Below, one piece after another: positions 12,050 to 26,000 of a stretch of DNA of 64,000 bases. The notes beneath the pieces are model-generated. The model was given only the letters and a program-made list of their open reading frames with translations, was not told where the DNA came from and ran no database searches. Position 1 is the first letter of the stretch. The number at the start of each line of letters is the position of its first letter. Origin of the DNA: Camelus dromedarius (Eukaryota); contig NC_087472.1 in assembly GCF_036321535.1 (NCBI RefSeq), positions 97,714,001 through 97,778,000 of the forward strand, in the 5' to 3' direction. Both the position numbers and the translations under genes were made by a program.

Positions 12050-15000
12050 GCTTTTTTATGTTTTTAATTTTTTATCAAATTGATCATAAGTATAAAAACT
12101 TATCATTAATGCACATACTTTAGAATCAAGCAGCTATATGGTATTTTTAAAGAAACCCTCTACTCTTATCATTATCCCATTTTCCCCTCCTGGAAACAAC
12201 AGTCAACTCTTTTTAGATGATTCTTTCAGTATTTAAAAATATTTTTACTTATTTATTTCTTCCATTTTAAGCTATGGCACTCTTTCAAGCCTGGTATCCA
12301 CTGCACACATGAATACTTCCTGTTCTCTCCCCCACTTTCCAAGATAAAATGTTTCAATTTTCTTTAGATCACTCTCCAGTGTTTATATTATCATGGTTAT
12401 GAGAAGCTTTTTCCCTACATGATTATGAAAAGATAATGTGGCATACTTTCCTTGCACGTTTTTTTGTTTTCCTTGAAGATAATAATGATCTATTTTTATT
12501 GTTTTTTCCCTATATTATTGTGAATCAACCTAAAACTATCAATTATGTAAATCATACCTCAATACAGTAGATGATAAAGATATTCTATGAATGTAATCAT
12601 TTTCAAGAAATCACTCCTGGGGCTTTCTGGCCTGCTCCAAGCAGAAATGGTTGCCCTCTACTCTTGGGGCAGAGCTATTTATCCTGGGATATACCTTTAG
12701 TATTATCCTGGCATTGTCTTCACGTCTTTCTGTGTTGGAGTACCCATTTTCTGAACCATTTCTTCTTTACCATCGTTTTGATGGGCCATATCCTATAATT
12801 GCTGTCTGATAAACAGTGCATAGAAGGTAAATTTTCTTGAGACTGTTCATGTCATAAAAAGTGTCTCTCTTTTTTTTTTTTTTTTGCTACATATTAAGCC
12901 ATTTTTAGAACAGATTTCAGTTCACAGCAAAATAAAGAAGGTACAGAGATTTCCTATAAGCCCCCGGCCCCTACACATGCATGGCTTTCCCAGTCATCAA
13001 AACCCCTCCCCAGGGCGGTGCACTTGTTGCTGTTGATGAACCTACACAGACACGTCATGACTGCCTCAAGCCCATAGTTCACATTAGATTTCATCCTTGG
13101 TGGTGCACAGTCTCTGGATTTAGACAAATGTATAATTACATGTATCTACCATTTTTGTATCATATGGAGTCATTTTTCTGCTCTAAAAGTTCACTGTGTT
13201 CCGCCTATTCATCCCTCCCTCCCTGCTAACCCTTGGCAACCACTGATCATTTTATTGTCTCCATAGTTTTGCCTTTTCCAGAATGTCATATAATTGGAAC
13301 CCTACATTATGTAGCCTTTTCAAATTGGCTTCTTTCACTTTGTAATATATATTAAAGTTTCCTCCATGGCTTTTTGTGACTTGATAGCTCGTTTCTTTTT
13401 ACTATTGATTAATATTTCATTGAATGTACCACAGTTTATCCTTTTACCTACTAAAGGACATCACATTTTTGGCAATTACAAATAAAGCTGCTTTCAACAT
13501 CCACAAACAGGTTTTTGTGTGGATGTAAGTTTACAACTCCTTTAGGAAGTGTACCAAGAAGCGTGATTTCCAGGTCACATGGTAGGAATATGTTTAGTTT
13601 TGTAAGAAACCTCCAAGCTGTCTTCCAAAGTAGCTGTACCATTTTGCCTTTCTACCAGTTATGAATGAGGGTTCCTGTTGCATTACACTCTTGCCAGCAT
13701 TTGGTGTTGTCAGTGTTCTAGATTTTGACCATTCTAATAGATGTGTAGTGGAATCTCATTGTTCTTTTAACTTGCATTTTCCTGATGACATATGATATGA
13801 AGCATTTTTTTCATAAGCTTATTTTCCATCTGTGTATATTCTTTGGTGAGGTATCTGCCAAGGACTTTGGCCCACTTCGTAATCAGGTTGTTTGGTTTTT
13901 ATTATTGGATTTTAAGAATTCTTTGTATATATTGGATAACAGTTTTTTTTTCACATATATTTCTTACATATTTTCTCCCAGTCTGTGGCTTATATTTTTA
14001 TTCTCTTACCAGTGTCTTTTGCAGAGCAGAAATTTTTAATTTTAATGAAATCCAGTGTATCAATTCTGTTTTTTATGGATCATGCCTTTGGTGTTTTATC
14101 TAAAATGTCATCACTAAACCTAAGGTCATCTAGATTTTCTCCTATGTTACATTCTAGGAGTTTTATAGTTCTGCATTTTTATTTAGATCTGTGATTCATT
14201 TTGAGTTACTTTTTGTGAAGGGTGTAAGATTGGTGTCTAGATTTTTTTTGCATGCAGATTTCCAGTTTTTCCAGCACCATTTGTTGAAAAATCTATCTTT
14301 GTTTCATTGTACTGCCTTTGCTCAGTTGTTCTGGGTCTATTTCTGGGCTCTTTATTCTGTTCCATTGATCTGTCTATTCTTTCACCAATTCCACACAGTC
14401 TTGATTACTGTAGCTTTATAATATAAAAGTTGAGTAGTGTCAATCCTCCAACTTTATTCTTTTTCAATAATGTAGGTTTTTACTTCTCCATGTAAAATTT
14501 AGAATCAGTATGTTGATATACACAAAATAACCTGCTGTTATTTTGATTGGAATTACACTGAATGTATAGATCAAACTGGTAAAAACTGACATCTTGACAA
14601 CACTGAGTCATCCTATCTACGAACACGGAATATCTCTACTTATTTAGTTTTTCTTTGATTTCTTTCATCAAAGTTTTATACTTTTTCTTATATATATATT
14701 TGACATATTTTGTTACATTTAAACCTAAGTATTTCATTTTTTTGAGTGCTAATAAAATGGTGTTATTTTTCATTTTGAATTCTACTTATTCATTGCTGAT
14801 ATATATGAAGGAGGTTGACTTTTGTATATTATTAACTTTATGTTCTTCAGCCTCACTATAATTGCTTATTTGTTCCAGGAGCTTTTTGATTGATTCTTTT
14901 AGATTTTCTACATACCCAATTGTGTATCTGTGAACAAAGATAATTTCATGTCTTCCGTCCCAATCATTGTATCTTTTATTTACCTTTATTACCTTATTGC

Positions 15001-16075
15001 ATTAGCTAGAGTTCTCATTATGATATGAAAAAGGAGTGATGAGAGGGAATATCCTTGCTTTGTTCCTGATCTTAATGAGAAAGTTTCTCATTTCTCAACA
15101 TTAATTATGATATTAGCTGTAGGTTTTTTGTAGATATTCTTTATCAAGTTTAGGAAGTTCTCCTCTATTACTGTTTTACTGAGGGTTTTATCACAAATGA
15201 GTGTTGGGTTTTTAAGTTTCTCATTATCAAAACTGAAAATAACGTTATTAAAGTCTTTCAGCTTGGGATTAGATAAACAAACCAAGGTTTGGCCACACAG
15301 TGGAATACTATGTTACAACGAAAAAGAACTATTTTTTATTTTCTAAAGTATTCCCACTTATTACTTTGAAGTTTCTTTTGCATATTTCTACTGAACAAAT
15401 ACATTTATTTCATATATTTCTCTTCAAAGATTCTGTCTAGTACTATTAACTGTAGACAGGGACTAACATCTGCAAATTCAGCTTTTAAAATAATTTTTCT
15501 GAATCTATTGATATAATCATGTGGTTTCTCTTTAGCCTGTTGATGTGATTGATTACATTAATTAATTTTCAAATGTTCAGTGAGCTTTGCATACCTGGAA
15601 TAAATCCCATTTGGTCATGGTGCATAATTCTTTATATACATTGTTGGATTCAGTTTGTAATATTTTGTTGAGGACGTTTACTTCTATGTTCATGAGAGAT
15701 ATTTGTCTTTAGTTTTCTTTTCTTGTAATATCTTTGTCTAGTTTTGGTATTAGGGTAATTTTTTTTTTCACATACCCTTCAGTCTCACTCACACTCCTGG
15801 TTCCAGAAATACCAGCATTGCTGATTACTCAGTAAAAGTCTGTTGCTTCTTAGCTTTTCCCACTATCAGCCTAGGATTCAGCTTTCCTAGGTCTGCTGGG
15901 AAAGATTCTACTCATCTATGTGGTTTCACACTTCAAGATTTCATTTCTGTTGTCTTCTCTTTAATTCCCTTTTTCTTTGTGAGTCTATGCCTTTAAAACT
16001 CCTTTACTGCTGTTTAAGTTGGCTTTGGGGGAAAAGTAGATGTAAATGCATATGTTCAATCTGCCACTTTACCAA
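12050..16075 (-). mobile_element. HAL1-like element in two parts (about 12050-12865 and 15770-16075), interrupted by an L1MC
   Basis: HAL1-type motifs 'gtgcatagaaggtaaattttcttgagactgttcatgtc' and 'aggattcagctttcctaggtctgct...atgttcaatctgccacttt'. Confidence 0.55.
12870..15760 (-). mobile_element. Truncated L1 (L1MC1/2-like): 3'UTR plus degraded ORF2
   Basis: Poly-T at about 12870; L1MC-type 3' end 'gttgatgaacctacac...cccatagttcacattag'; ORF2 peptides 'QLLWKTAWRFLTKLNIFLP' and 'IEENFLNLIKNIYKKPTANII'. Confidence 0.9.
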
Positions 16076-17809
16076 GACATCTGCAGATACAATTTTCCAG
16101 TCTCCAAACTGGCACAAAGAAATTAAAGTGTGATTATGCCCAGTTTTGGTGAAAGTGTGAAACAATTGGAACATTTATATACTGCTGATGGAAGTATAAA
16201 TTGGTATAGATATACATGTAATTTAGTAGACTAATATGTATTAGTATATAAATATTAATATTAATTAGCATTACTGCTTTAGGAAACAGGATTAAATTGA
16301 GAGATGTCTATAATCAATAGCCCAGAAACTTTATCATAAAAAATACTTCAAACATGGAAAATTACATGCATATATATATATAGTAAGAATATAATAATAA
16401 AAAACACTCAGACACCCATGACCCAGCCTAATAAAATGAATATTACGAAATAAGTGAAGCTCCCTGCATGTCTATCCCTTTTCACAGACATTCCCTTCCT
16501 TTAGCTCTGGAAGTAATCACCAACTTGAAAGAGGTATTATTTGTGAAAGCAATTGAACTAAACATAAGTAGCTTTAGAATGTATTTCCCTTAAAGTGATA
16601 TTTCTGCACTTGAATGAAGAACATTAAGTTCCAGTATTTTTAAAGAGTTTATAAAATAAATGCAGGATTTTGCATCACCTTTTATTTTATATATCAAATA
16701 TAGATATTTTTTCAAGATGGAAAAGTAACACAAAATGACTCTTTGGCCATCCTAAAGAATAACCTTTAAGACTGTCTTGATACAGTTGTAGTGGTACGAA
16801 TGAAGTTTTTTAATCCCAGAAGACTGGTGAAATCTAGTCTGTGTTTTCCATCCTTTAAAGACATAGAACATATCTGCAAGAGACTGCCTTAAGGAAAAAC
16901 AGCACTCTGCTTTCAACTGCCGAAATAGAAGAGGTTCCTGTAACTCCCAAACTGTCTTCATTTGTTTTATTTTATAGCTGCTTTGAATACTTTTAAAAAG
17001 TAACAAAGTGATTCAAAAGAGCAGAAGTAGCAACAACTGTATTGTCCATTCTGGTCATATTCTCCAAACTAAATGTCAGTTCATGCCCTTGTTAGCACTC
17101 AAAGGGAGCAATTCTGGTGCAAAGCTTGATTACATAAATATCTTTAAATTATGTACGAAGTGTTCACTGAACCATTCTGAAAGCTCCAATTAAATCCACA
17201 GTTAATTCTTACCTCATATGAATGGGGAAATATAAAATATATTCTCAAGCATAAAAAGTGTCCAGTTTCAGATACATGACCTATTCATTCATTATCTTCT
17301 CCTTTATAACTGAAAAGTAACATTTGTTTGTTTCTTTAATTTCCCCAACTTAAAAAAAATAAATAAAATTCTTAAAAGAGTTTAAACACTTTATACCAAA
17401 TACATGTTTGTTAGTCTGAAAGAGATGCTAGAAAATATTTTCGGTGTCAGTTAAAGTGATACAATTTTCCAATTATAATTTTCCAACTGCCTCTCTTTTT
17501 TGGAGATTCTTGAAAGGTTTCCATCTTTTTGAATTAGTATGCAAAGTCCTAAGCTGTATCAGCTTAGAGTTTTGGATGGTGGTATTTTAATTTCCTGTGA
17601 GAGTTACATTTAATTCGTGTATACATGTACCTCATAATCCTCTTCTGGAAAGGAACCTCAATCTGGGCTAAAGGGAAAGGTATAATTCTAAGGGAGAATG
17701 AATCTGAGTTTTGGGCCAAAATTTCTACTTCCAAGTAAAGATATCAGAGCATAACAGGATCGTATCATCTTCCTCCTCAGGCATACAAATGCCAATAATA
17801 ATATACGAA

Positions 17810-17905
17810 TACTAGTAATAGATAACATTTATTCCAGTTGTATGCACTTCCATCGCTTTATATGCATCATTTCATTTAATCACCACAAAGACTCTATGAG
17901 GCAAG
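17810..17905 (-). mobile_element. MIR fragment
   Basis: 'ataacatttatt...catcatttcatttaatcaccacaaagactctatgagg'. Confidence 0.6.
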
Positions 17906-18352
17906 TGAGCTAGATTGTCTTTTGTCAGCTTGTCCATCACCATCCTTTTCTAACTTCTCCTAGTGCATTGCAGAGGAGAAAATGGGAACGTCATTTTCCA
18001 GAATGCCCTCTTTGTACTTGGTTTCAGTGTTGAGTCTGCCAAAAGGAGATCTGAAGAGATGTGTGCACAGACATAAAGTTCACAGAGCTTCTGGGGGGAT
18101 CCCTTGAGGATTGCTCACCTCACTGCAGCACATTAAGGTGGTTGCTGGCATCTTCCAGGGATTCTTTACATTGCGGCAGTTTCCAAGTTAGCTCTTAAGC
18201 ACCACTTGCTTGGGTTCTTCTATCAAGACTTTTGCTGACCACTTCCCTAAACTTTGCTCCCAGATCATCCAAAGTTTATATAAGTTTTTCATTTTCTGTA
18301 TTACAACCATTCATACTTGAAACACATAGAGCACATTCTGTTTTCCTGGCTG
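17905..18352 (+). mobile_element. Old ERVL solo LTR (LTR33/LTR41-like)
   Basis: 'cattttccagaatgccctc...gagtctgccaaaagg' and 3' 'ttcatacttgaaacacatagagcacattctgttttcctg'. Confidence 0.5.
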
Positions 18353-18809
18353 TAAGTGGAAAGAAGAAAGTGCCTTTGGGACTTGACATCTTTCAAGGTG
18401 CACATCTACGTCTGGAGTATAAGCCAGATCCCATGGGAGTAGAGAAGACCACTGGACAGGTTGGGTGGAGGAAGCCCTGAATATATAATAAGGTATAATT
18501 AAGAGAGTAAGAGCACAAATTTCCCCCAGTAACTAACCACAGCCAGTTCTACCTAAGTTTTCCTTATCCTCTTCTGCCAGGATTGCCAGCTACATAAAAA
18601 TGCATAGATAGGAACATGTAGCCATAATACCATTGTACTAAGTGGGTGAAAAACAACTGTCCTTACTCAAGAAGAAATCACCTACAGTGTATTCAAGCTA
18701 ATAGAAGTTCGTCGCCAGTGATTCTGAAAGGTGGTGTAGGCTCTACCACCTCCTGGGGTATGTTGGGAAACACTCTGTGACTCTGTTGTAAGCTTTGTTG
18801 CTTTTTATG

Positions 18810-18975
18810 TATGGCCTCACTCAAAAATTGTGCAACTTCACTTTCATTGAACTCTTTTGGCTATAAGCAAGTCACAGAGACTACTAGCCCAGATTCAAGG
18901 GGATGGGATATACGGTTCCTTCCCTCCATGGGAAATGTGTCAAAGAATTTGCAGCCATGTTTTAAGACTATCAGA
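18810..18975 (-). mobile_element. MaLR (MLT1E/F-like) LTR fragment
   Basis: 'aagcaagtcacag...agcccagattcaagggga...caaagaatttgcagccatgtttt'. Confidence 0.6.
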
Positions 18976-18999
18976 CTATTCTATCTAAAATTACTCTCA

Positions 19000-19205
19000 G
19001 CCTCGACATCCCTTATCTCCCTTCTCTAGCTTATTTTTTTACAAAGTATTTTATTATATATTATATATATATGCCCTCCCTCATCAGAATGTGAGCTCCA
19101 TGAGGACAGGGATTATTCTGTTTTGTTTACCAGTGTCTCCTCAGCACCTAACACAATGCCTGCTACACAGAAAGCAGTCAGGTATTTGTAGAATGAATGA
19201 ATGGA
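19000..19205 (+). mobile_element. L2 3' end
   Basis: 'agaatgtgagctccatgaggacaggga...gcacctaacacaatgcctg...gaatgaatgaatgga'. Confidence 0.85.
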
Positions 19206-19959
19206 TTTCTCCACGTGAACTTGTAATATCTCAGTGCTAGTTTTGTAGCTTTCCTGAGTTTTCAATTGATAGTTGCTCTAATAATGCTGCCAGCAAAATA
19301 GAGGACCAGCAAGTCATTATGTAGTGAATTTGATTAAAATAACCTAGTCATGAACTTGGATAACTAAAGCCAAGTTTTTTTTCCTGTTAAATTGGAAATT
19401 ATTTGCTGATTGTTCCAATAAGGCCCTCAGCCCTTATTGATTCATATTTGTATTATTCACTTATTTCTAAATGTAATTGAGTTGGCTTCCAATAAAAAAT
19501 GCCTTGTCCCTTTCTCTTTGTAATCCAGGGAAATAAACAAATCTAGAGTCATTCCAAGGAAGTAAAACAGGAGAAGACAAGTCAGGGTTGTGCTCATTGT
19601 TAGGTGAAGTAATGTGAGCTACATTCTGAATGCAATCAGTCAGTAAAAGGCTAATGTAAAATGAGCTTCAAAAATGATATCATGGTATCACAAAAGGCAG
19701 TTGAATGATTTTGCCAGTGGTTATCTCCAGTCATTCCCATCACTATTTCTGGAGATCAATCATGTTGCTACCACTATCAACCTATAGTGACTTTGTCGTC
19801 CAGACCTGGATGTTTTAACTTGACCAAGTTAGAACAAATGCATTTCTCACTATTGCACAGATGTGCTATAGTTGGGCAACTGTGAAGAATTTAGGCAACT
19901 AGGTAAATCTGTAAAATGAATATTGGATGCAAGCACAGACACACACACATACATACATG

Positions 19960-20080
19960 CATCTGGGATTTGGTAAGGTTCTGTGCCTTCTAACTATAAA
20001 ACATGTGACAAAGACTGTTAACCCCTGTGAGCCTCTGCTTCCTCATCTGTAAAATGTCGATCACAACATCTTCCTCTCAA
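19960..20080 (+). mobile_element. MIR fragment
   Basis: MIR core 'taacccctgtgagcctctgcttcctcatctgtaaaatg'. Confidence 0.7.
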
Positions 20081-20598
20081 GTTGTGGTATATTTATACAA
20101 TGGAATGCTGCTCAGCCATTTGAAAAAGAATAAAATAATGCCATTTGCAGCAACATGAATGTACCTGGAGATTGTTATTCTAAGTGAAGTAAGCCAGAAA
20201 GAGAAAGAAAAATACCACATGATATCACTCATATGTGGTATCTGAAAAAAAAGAAAAAAGAGAACACTGATGAACTCATCTACAAAATAGAAACAGACTC
20301 GCAGGCATAGTAAACAGTCTTATGGTTACCAGGGGAAAGGGGGTGGGAAGGGATAAATTTAGGTGTTTGAGATTTGCGAATGTTAACCACTGTATATAAA
20401 AATAGATAAAAACAAATTTCTTCTGTATAGCACAGGGAACTATATTCAATATCATGTAATAGCCTTTAATGAAAAAGTATGATAACAAATATATGTATAT
20501 ATATGCATGATTGGGACATTATGCTGTAAACTAGAAATTGACACATTGTAACTGACTATACCTCAATTAAAAAAATAAATAAAAGCAACAAAAAAGAA
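20081..20598 (+). mobile_element. Young lineage-specific (camelid-type) L1 3' end, 5'-truncated
   Basis: ORF2 C-terminus 'atgccatttgcagcaacatg...ctaagtgaagtaagccag', 3'UTR 'cacattgtaactgactatacctcaattaaaaaa' and A-rich tail. Confidence 0.92.
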
Positions 20599-23092
20599 AT
20601 GGGGTTTATGCCTACAACCCAGGCCTCTCCAGTTTGATGTTACAGTCACAACCTCCTGAGGCCACTGTGTATCAGGAACAAGCTGTAAATCTGGGAAGAT
20701 GAAAGGGATCCCCGTTCCCATGTCTTGACCAAAGATACCTGCACCATTCTGCAGATATTTTCAAATTCATTTTCTCATCTTTCTAGCCACAGGGGTAATA
20801 CGGATTTTTTTCACTGAAAGAAAACTGTGGGGTTTCACCCTGCTGTGAGTAGTTATGTTCTTTAAACTTTATGGGAATATGTATAGTCGTGGAGTTTAAA
20901 TCTCCCTTGAGTCATTTCTTTGTCTGCCTTGGCATGCTCTGCGCTGGGATTTTCCAGCTGCATGCTAATGAGCTGAATGATGAGGGAAGAAGCTGCTCAA
21001 GAAAGGCACCATCGCTTGACTCCACAGCTATGTGACACTAATGCCTGTATCGATTACCTCTGGTTAATAAGCCCTACCCTCCTTGCATGACTAAGTTTTG
21101 ACACTGAATGTGTACCTACATTTAGTCAATCCCTCCTTTTTGTTAAAAAAAAAAAAAAGGGAAGATAACGAGGTTTAATTACTCTCTTGCTATAAGAAAG
21201 CATTTCCAATTACTGCTCAAATATAAATGAAACTGACAAAAGTTTTATTCAGGATTTTAAGTCCCTCCCCAAATCGTGTGTGTCCTAGAATGATACAGTT
21301 CTGATTCGTTTATAATGAGTTGCTGTGCATGGAGCGTGCTCAGGTTTAAAAGAAAACAAGCTTTGCAGTATAGCTCTGGGTTCTGGGAAACACAGGTTAA
21401 AAGTCAATTGAGATCAGAGCTATAATTTATTTTGCTCCAGTTACTTTCTCTTTGAATGCATCAGTACTAAAAAAGCAAATATGAAAGATTTTAAGACTGT
21501 AAAACAAGATCCAATTTTTTTTTTCCTTAATGCTAGGAAAACACACCACAAATAAAAAACCAAAAGCTTGGTCTTTAATCTCCAAAACCCAAGGACATAG
21601 TGCATTTTTTTCAAACGAGTTTTAATGTGTCCCTCTGTACTAATTGGGTTCTCTCTGTAGCCTTAAAGCAGGGAATCAAATTCTCAGGGGCTCCTATTAG
21701 TAAAGTCTGATATTAAAACATCAAATGTAAACTAAAGACATTTATAATTTATTTGTCATTTGTATCTATTTTTCATAAAAGCCCACTACTCTTTGTTCCT
21801 TCCAGCAGCTTTCTTATGTGCTTTGTAAGAACCATTCATAGGAATAATCTGTTTCATTGAGAAATACTTTAACCACTCCATCAAAGATACAGGACCACTG
21901 CTTCACCTATCATTTCCACCATGTTTAATTGAGGAGTAATCTGGATTCTGATTAATAAATAGCCTGACATGCTGTTGCTACTTTCAACCCTTCACCTATC
22001 TCTATCTGTGATTTTTATGTGTTTTGATTGACATATATATAACTGAATGGATAATTGATTATTTCTGCGGCTAGTGTGATGGAGATTGATTTTGCAGCCA
22101 CAAGGTAAATTTGGAAAAGTAATTCACTAAAGAAACATGTTTCAGAGTCCAATTACATCTATTTCCTGCTTCTAAACATGCTTTATTTTTCTAAACCCAC
22201 ATTATATACATAAGTCAGGTACAAAGTAAAACTACCTTTAGGTTTTGGAACCTTTTATGTGGGCTTGAATTTCAGGCAGAAATTAAAGTGCAAGGATATA
22301 ATCACTGAGCCATTTGAAAGGGTGGATTTTACCCCTCCTCCTTGACAAACATGGGTAATGCTTTACCAGGGACCCAAAAAATGCTAGCAAAATTCTGTGG
22401 AAGGTGTATTTACATAATGCGTCTTTTAACAAGAGAATGAGTGAGGGCATACGCGACAATGCTGGCATGATGTTCTCTCCCTCCTGTCAATTATCCTTGA
22501 GTCACCCTGCAGTTTAAGCTTTAGGTCAATAAAATGAATTTCAAAGCAGAAGCCTTCAGCACTATGAAGGAATTAACTCTGTGGGGTTGCTTCAAAAAAG
22601 CAATGAATCTTCCATTGCTTTTACCTTGTGCAATAAATTTTTTTCTAATTTCTGTCTGCTATCAGAAGGGTCCCTTATTCGCATTTAATTCCATTTCTTG
22701 ATAAGAATTCATTTCTATAAATAAATGCTTCTCTTCCTTAAGTGTAATAAAATTGGGAATAAATTGCAGTTTTTAAAGCAAAAGATATATGTAATGAATC
22801 CCTATCAAATATTTGCAAGTAACTGTTTGGGGTTGAAGAGCACAATATTTTGTGTATTTCTTTCCAGTTTCCTATGTCATGAAATACGCTGTCTTCCCAT
22901 GCCGAAAGATATTAATTTTGCATGGAGGGGAATCAGGCTTTAAACTCACTCTTTGATAATTGGGAATAATTGGAAACCATCTTGTTATCTTACGTTAACA
23001 AATCCACTTTTTTTTTTTATCCTCCCACAAAACAATGTGCAAACCAATCACTTCCTTTTTCATTTACTTAAAGTAGGGTCAGCAAAGTTTTT

Positions 23093-26000
23093 TTTAAGTT
23101 TTTATTTTAGAACAATTTTAGATGTACAGAAAAATTACAAAGAGAGTACAGAGAGTTCCCATATACCCTACACCCAGCTTCCCCTATTATTAATGTATTA
23201 CATTACACGGTTCCTTTGTTACAGTTAATGAACCAATATTGACATGATTATAAATTAAAGTCCATACTTCATTCAGACTTCTTTAATTTGTACCTCATGT
23301 CCTTTTTCAGTTCCAAGATCCCATCAAAGATACCACAGTACATTTAGTCATCATGTCTCCTTGGACTCCTATAAGTTGTGACAGTTGCTCAGAGTCCCTT
23401 GTTTTTGATGGCCTTGAGAATTTTGAGGACGACTGATTAGATATTTCGTATATATAATGTTCCTTGATTGGGATTTGTCTCATGTTTTCTTATGATTAGT
23501 CTGAGGCTTCAGGCTTTTGGAAGGAAGATCACAGAGGTGAAGTGCTATTTTCATCACGTAGTATCCTGGTGACAGTTTACCATCAGTATGACCTCACTCT
23601 TGATGTTGACCATGATCACTTGACTAGTGTTTGTGTCCACTCTAAAGTTACTCTTCTTTTCTTCTTTCTAAATTTTCTGTACTATGATTTTTAGAAGGAA
23701 ATCACCATGTGCAGCCCACACTTAAGGAGTGGGAAGTAAGACTACATTAATTGAAGATAGAATATCTACATAAGTTATTTGGAATTCTGCATGGGTAATT
23801 TGTCTTTTCTCCTCCATTTAGTTATTCAAATACATATTTCTATATCTATATACGTATCTCTATATATATGTATGTATATACATATCAGTATGAACTTGTG
23901 CATATTTATATTATATTTTGGGTTCTAATCCAGTATTTATGTCTTTATGTATTTACTTATTTGCTCAAATTGTTTCAGCTTTGGTCATTTGAAGCTCTTT
24001 CAAATCTCCTTTTGAAAAGGACTCTTGCTTCTATGTTGGTTTGACATATTCAAAGATCCAAATCATTATGGACTGCTTTTTTTTTTTTTTTTTTGAGAAC
24101 TTGCTTACGTTCTGGCATTATAAGATGCTCCAGTCTCATCTTCTGTTTTGCCTGCCCAAGTCCTAGAATCAGCCATTTCTCTAAGGGGCCCTAGTTCCTT
24201 CTTATGAAGAATGGTATTAGAAACCAAGAGCTGGGTGCCAGGTGTGCTTACTGCTACTGAGGTATTAGTGCTCCTATGTTCTCTTAACTGACAGAGGAAA
24301 GGAATATGTGTATGTATCCTAATCTGGGCATATACACATATCTATAATTATTTCTACATGTAACTATCTAATATCTATATTAACCTGAACATGAGTTAAT
24401 ACTGATGTCCCTAGCTCTAATCAATCATCAGAAAAATCATTCTAGCCTCCTTCCCTTGCTTAACTGTAAACTCCCACTCCAACATTGAGAAACCTGGCTC
24501 CTACCATCTCCTGTCTGTTTACTTCATTGTTCATTTTCAGTATAAATATACAGCGGTATAGAATTCTTAATACATACCTCTATAGTAAAAATTCTGTCAA
24601 CAAGAGTGGAGTGAGCATGTGTAGTTTCTTATGCCTTTAGTGTTACGGAGTCTACTCATTCCCAACTTACTCAGGTCACTACTTTCTCCCCCACCCACTT
24701 CAGTGAAGTTGTTTCATACATTTGTAATGCATTTAGATTATCTTGTCACATTATGCATTCTCCTGACATTCCCTGACCTTCTAAATGATTTTGTTTTTAA
24801 TTTGGATACATTAAGTTTCACTCTGTGCTGCAGATTTCCATGGATTTTGACAAATTCACGTGTCACATTTCCACTATTATAATATCACACAGAATAGTTT
24901 CACTTCCCTAAAAAAAAATTTCCCTGTGCTTCATCCATTCAACCCTGGAAGCCATAGGACAATTTAATCTCTCTATAGTTTTGCCTTTTTCAGAAAGTTA
25001 CATAATTGGGAACTATATAGTTATTGAAATAAGTTTGGCTCCTTTAGTTTCCAGTATGCATTTAAGGTTCATCCATGTCTTTTCATGGCTTGATAGCTCA
25101 TATCTTTTTATCATTGAATAATATCCTATTATATCGATGTATGAAGGTTTGTTTATCCATTCACCTATTGATGATCCTGATTGTTTGCAGTTTTTCAGCA
25201 AATATAAATTAGCTGCTGTAAACCTTCTCATGCCCATTTTTATGTAGACGTAAGTTGTCAAATTAAGTTGGTAAATACCTAGGAGTATGATGGCTGGATC
25301 ATATGATAAGACTATGCTTAGCTTTGCAAGACACTGTCTTCAAAGTAGCTATAACATTACTCAGCAATGACTGAGACTTCCTGTTATTCCACATCCTCAC
25401 CAGCTGTTGGTATTGTCAATTTTTTTATTCTAGCCACTTTTTCCAGCTTTATTGAGATATATTTGACATACTGTGTAAGTTTAAGGTATACAGCGTGATG
25501 ATTTGATACACATCTATATTGGGAAAGGATTATCACGATAAGGTTAGTTAACATATCCATTACCTCACATTGTTACCTTTTTTGTGTGTGGTGGAAACAT
25601 TTAAGATCTACTCTCTTAGTAACTTTCAAGTGTACGATACAGTATTGTTAACTATTTAACCATACTGTACATTGGGTCCCCAGAATTTACTCATCTAGTC
25701 ATTATAATAGGTGTGTAGTAGTATCACATTTTTGTTTTAATATGCAGATTCCTAATGACTAATGAGAGTGAGCATCTTTTCATGTGCTTATTTACCAACT
25801 GTATATCTTCTTTGTTAAGATGTCCTTCAGATCTTTAGTCCAGCAGAAGTTTTTTAATTTCAATTAAGTCCGACTTCACAATTTTTTTCTTTTGTAGATT
25901 GTACTTTAATGTTGTATCTAAAAATGTGTCACCAAACGCAAGATCACCTTGAGTTTCTCCCATATTTCCTTCTATAAGTTTTATAGTTCTCTGTTTTATA

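Noticed and set aside
17213..17309. Minus-strand exon-like segment (ttttcag...GAG|gtaaga)
   Set aside because: It has stops in all frames, is AT-rich and has no partner exons, so it is likely chance.
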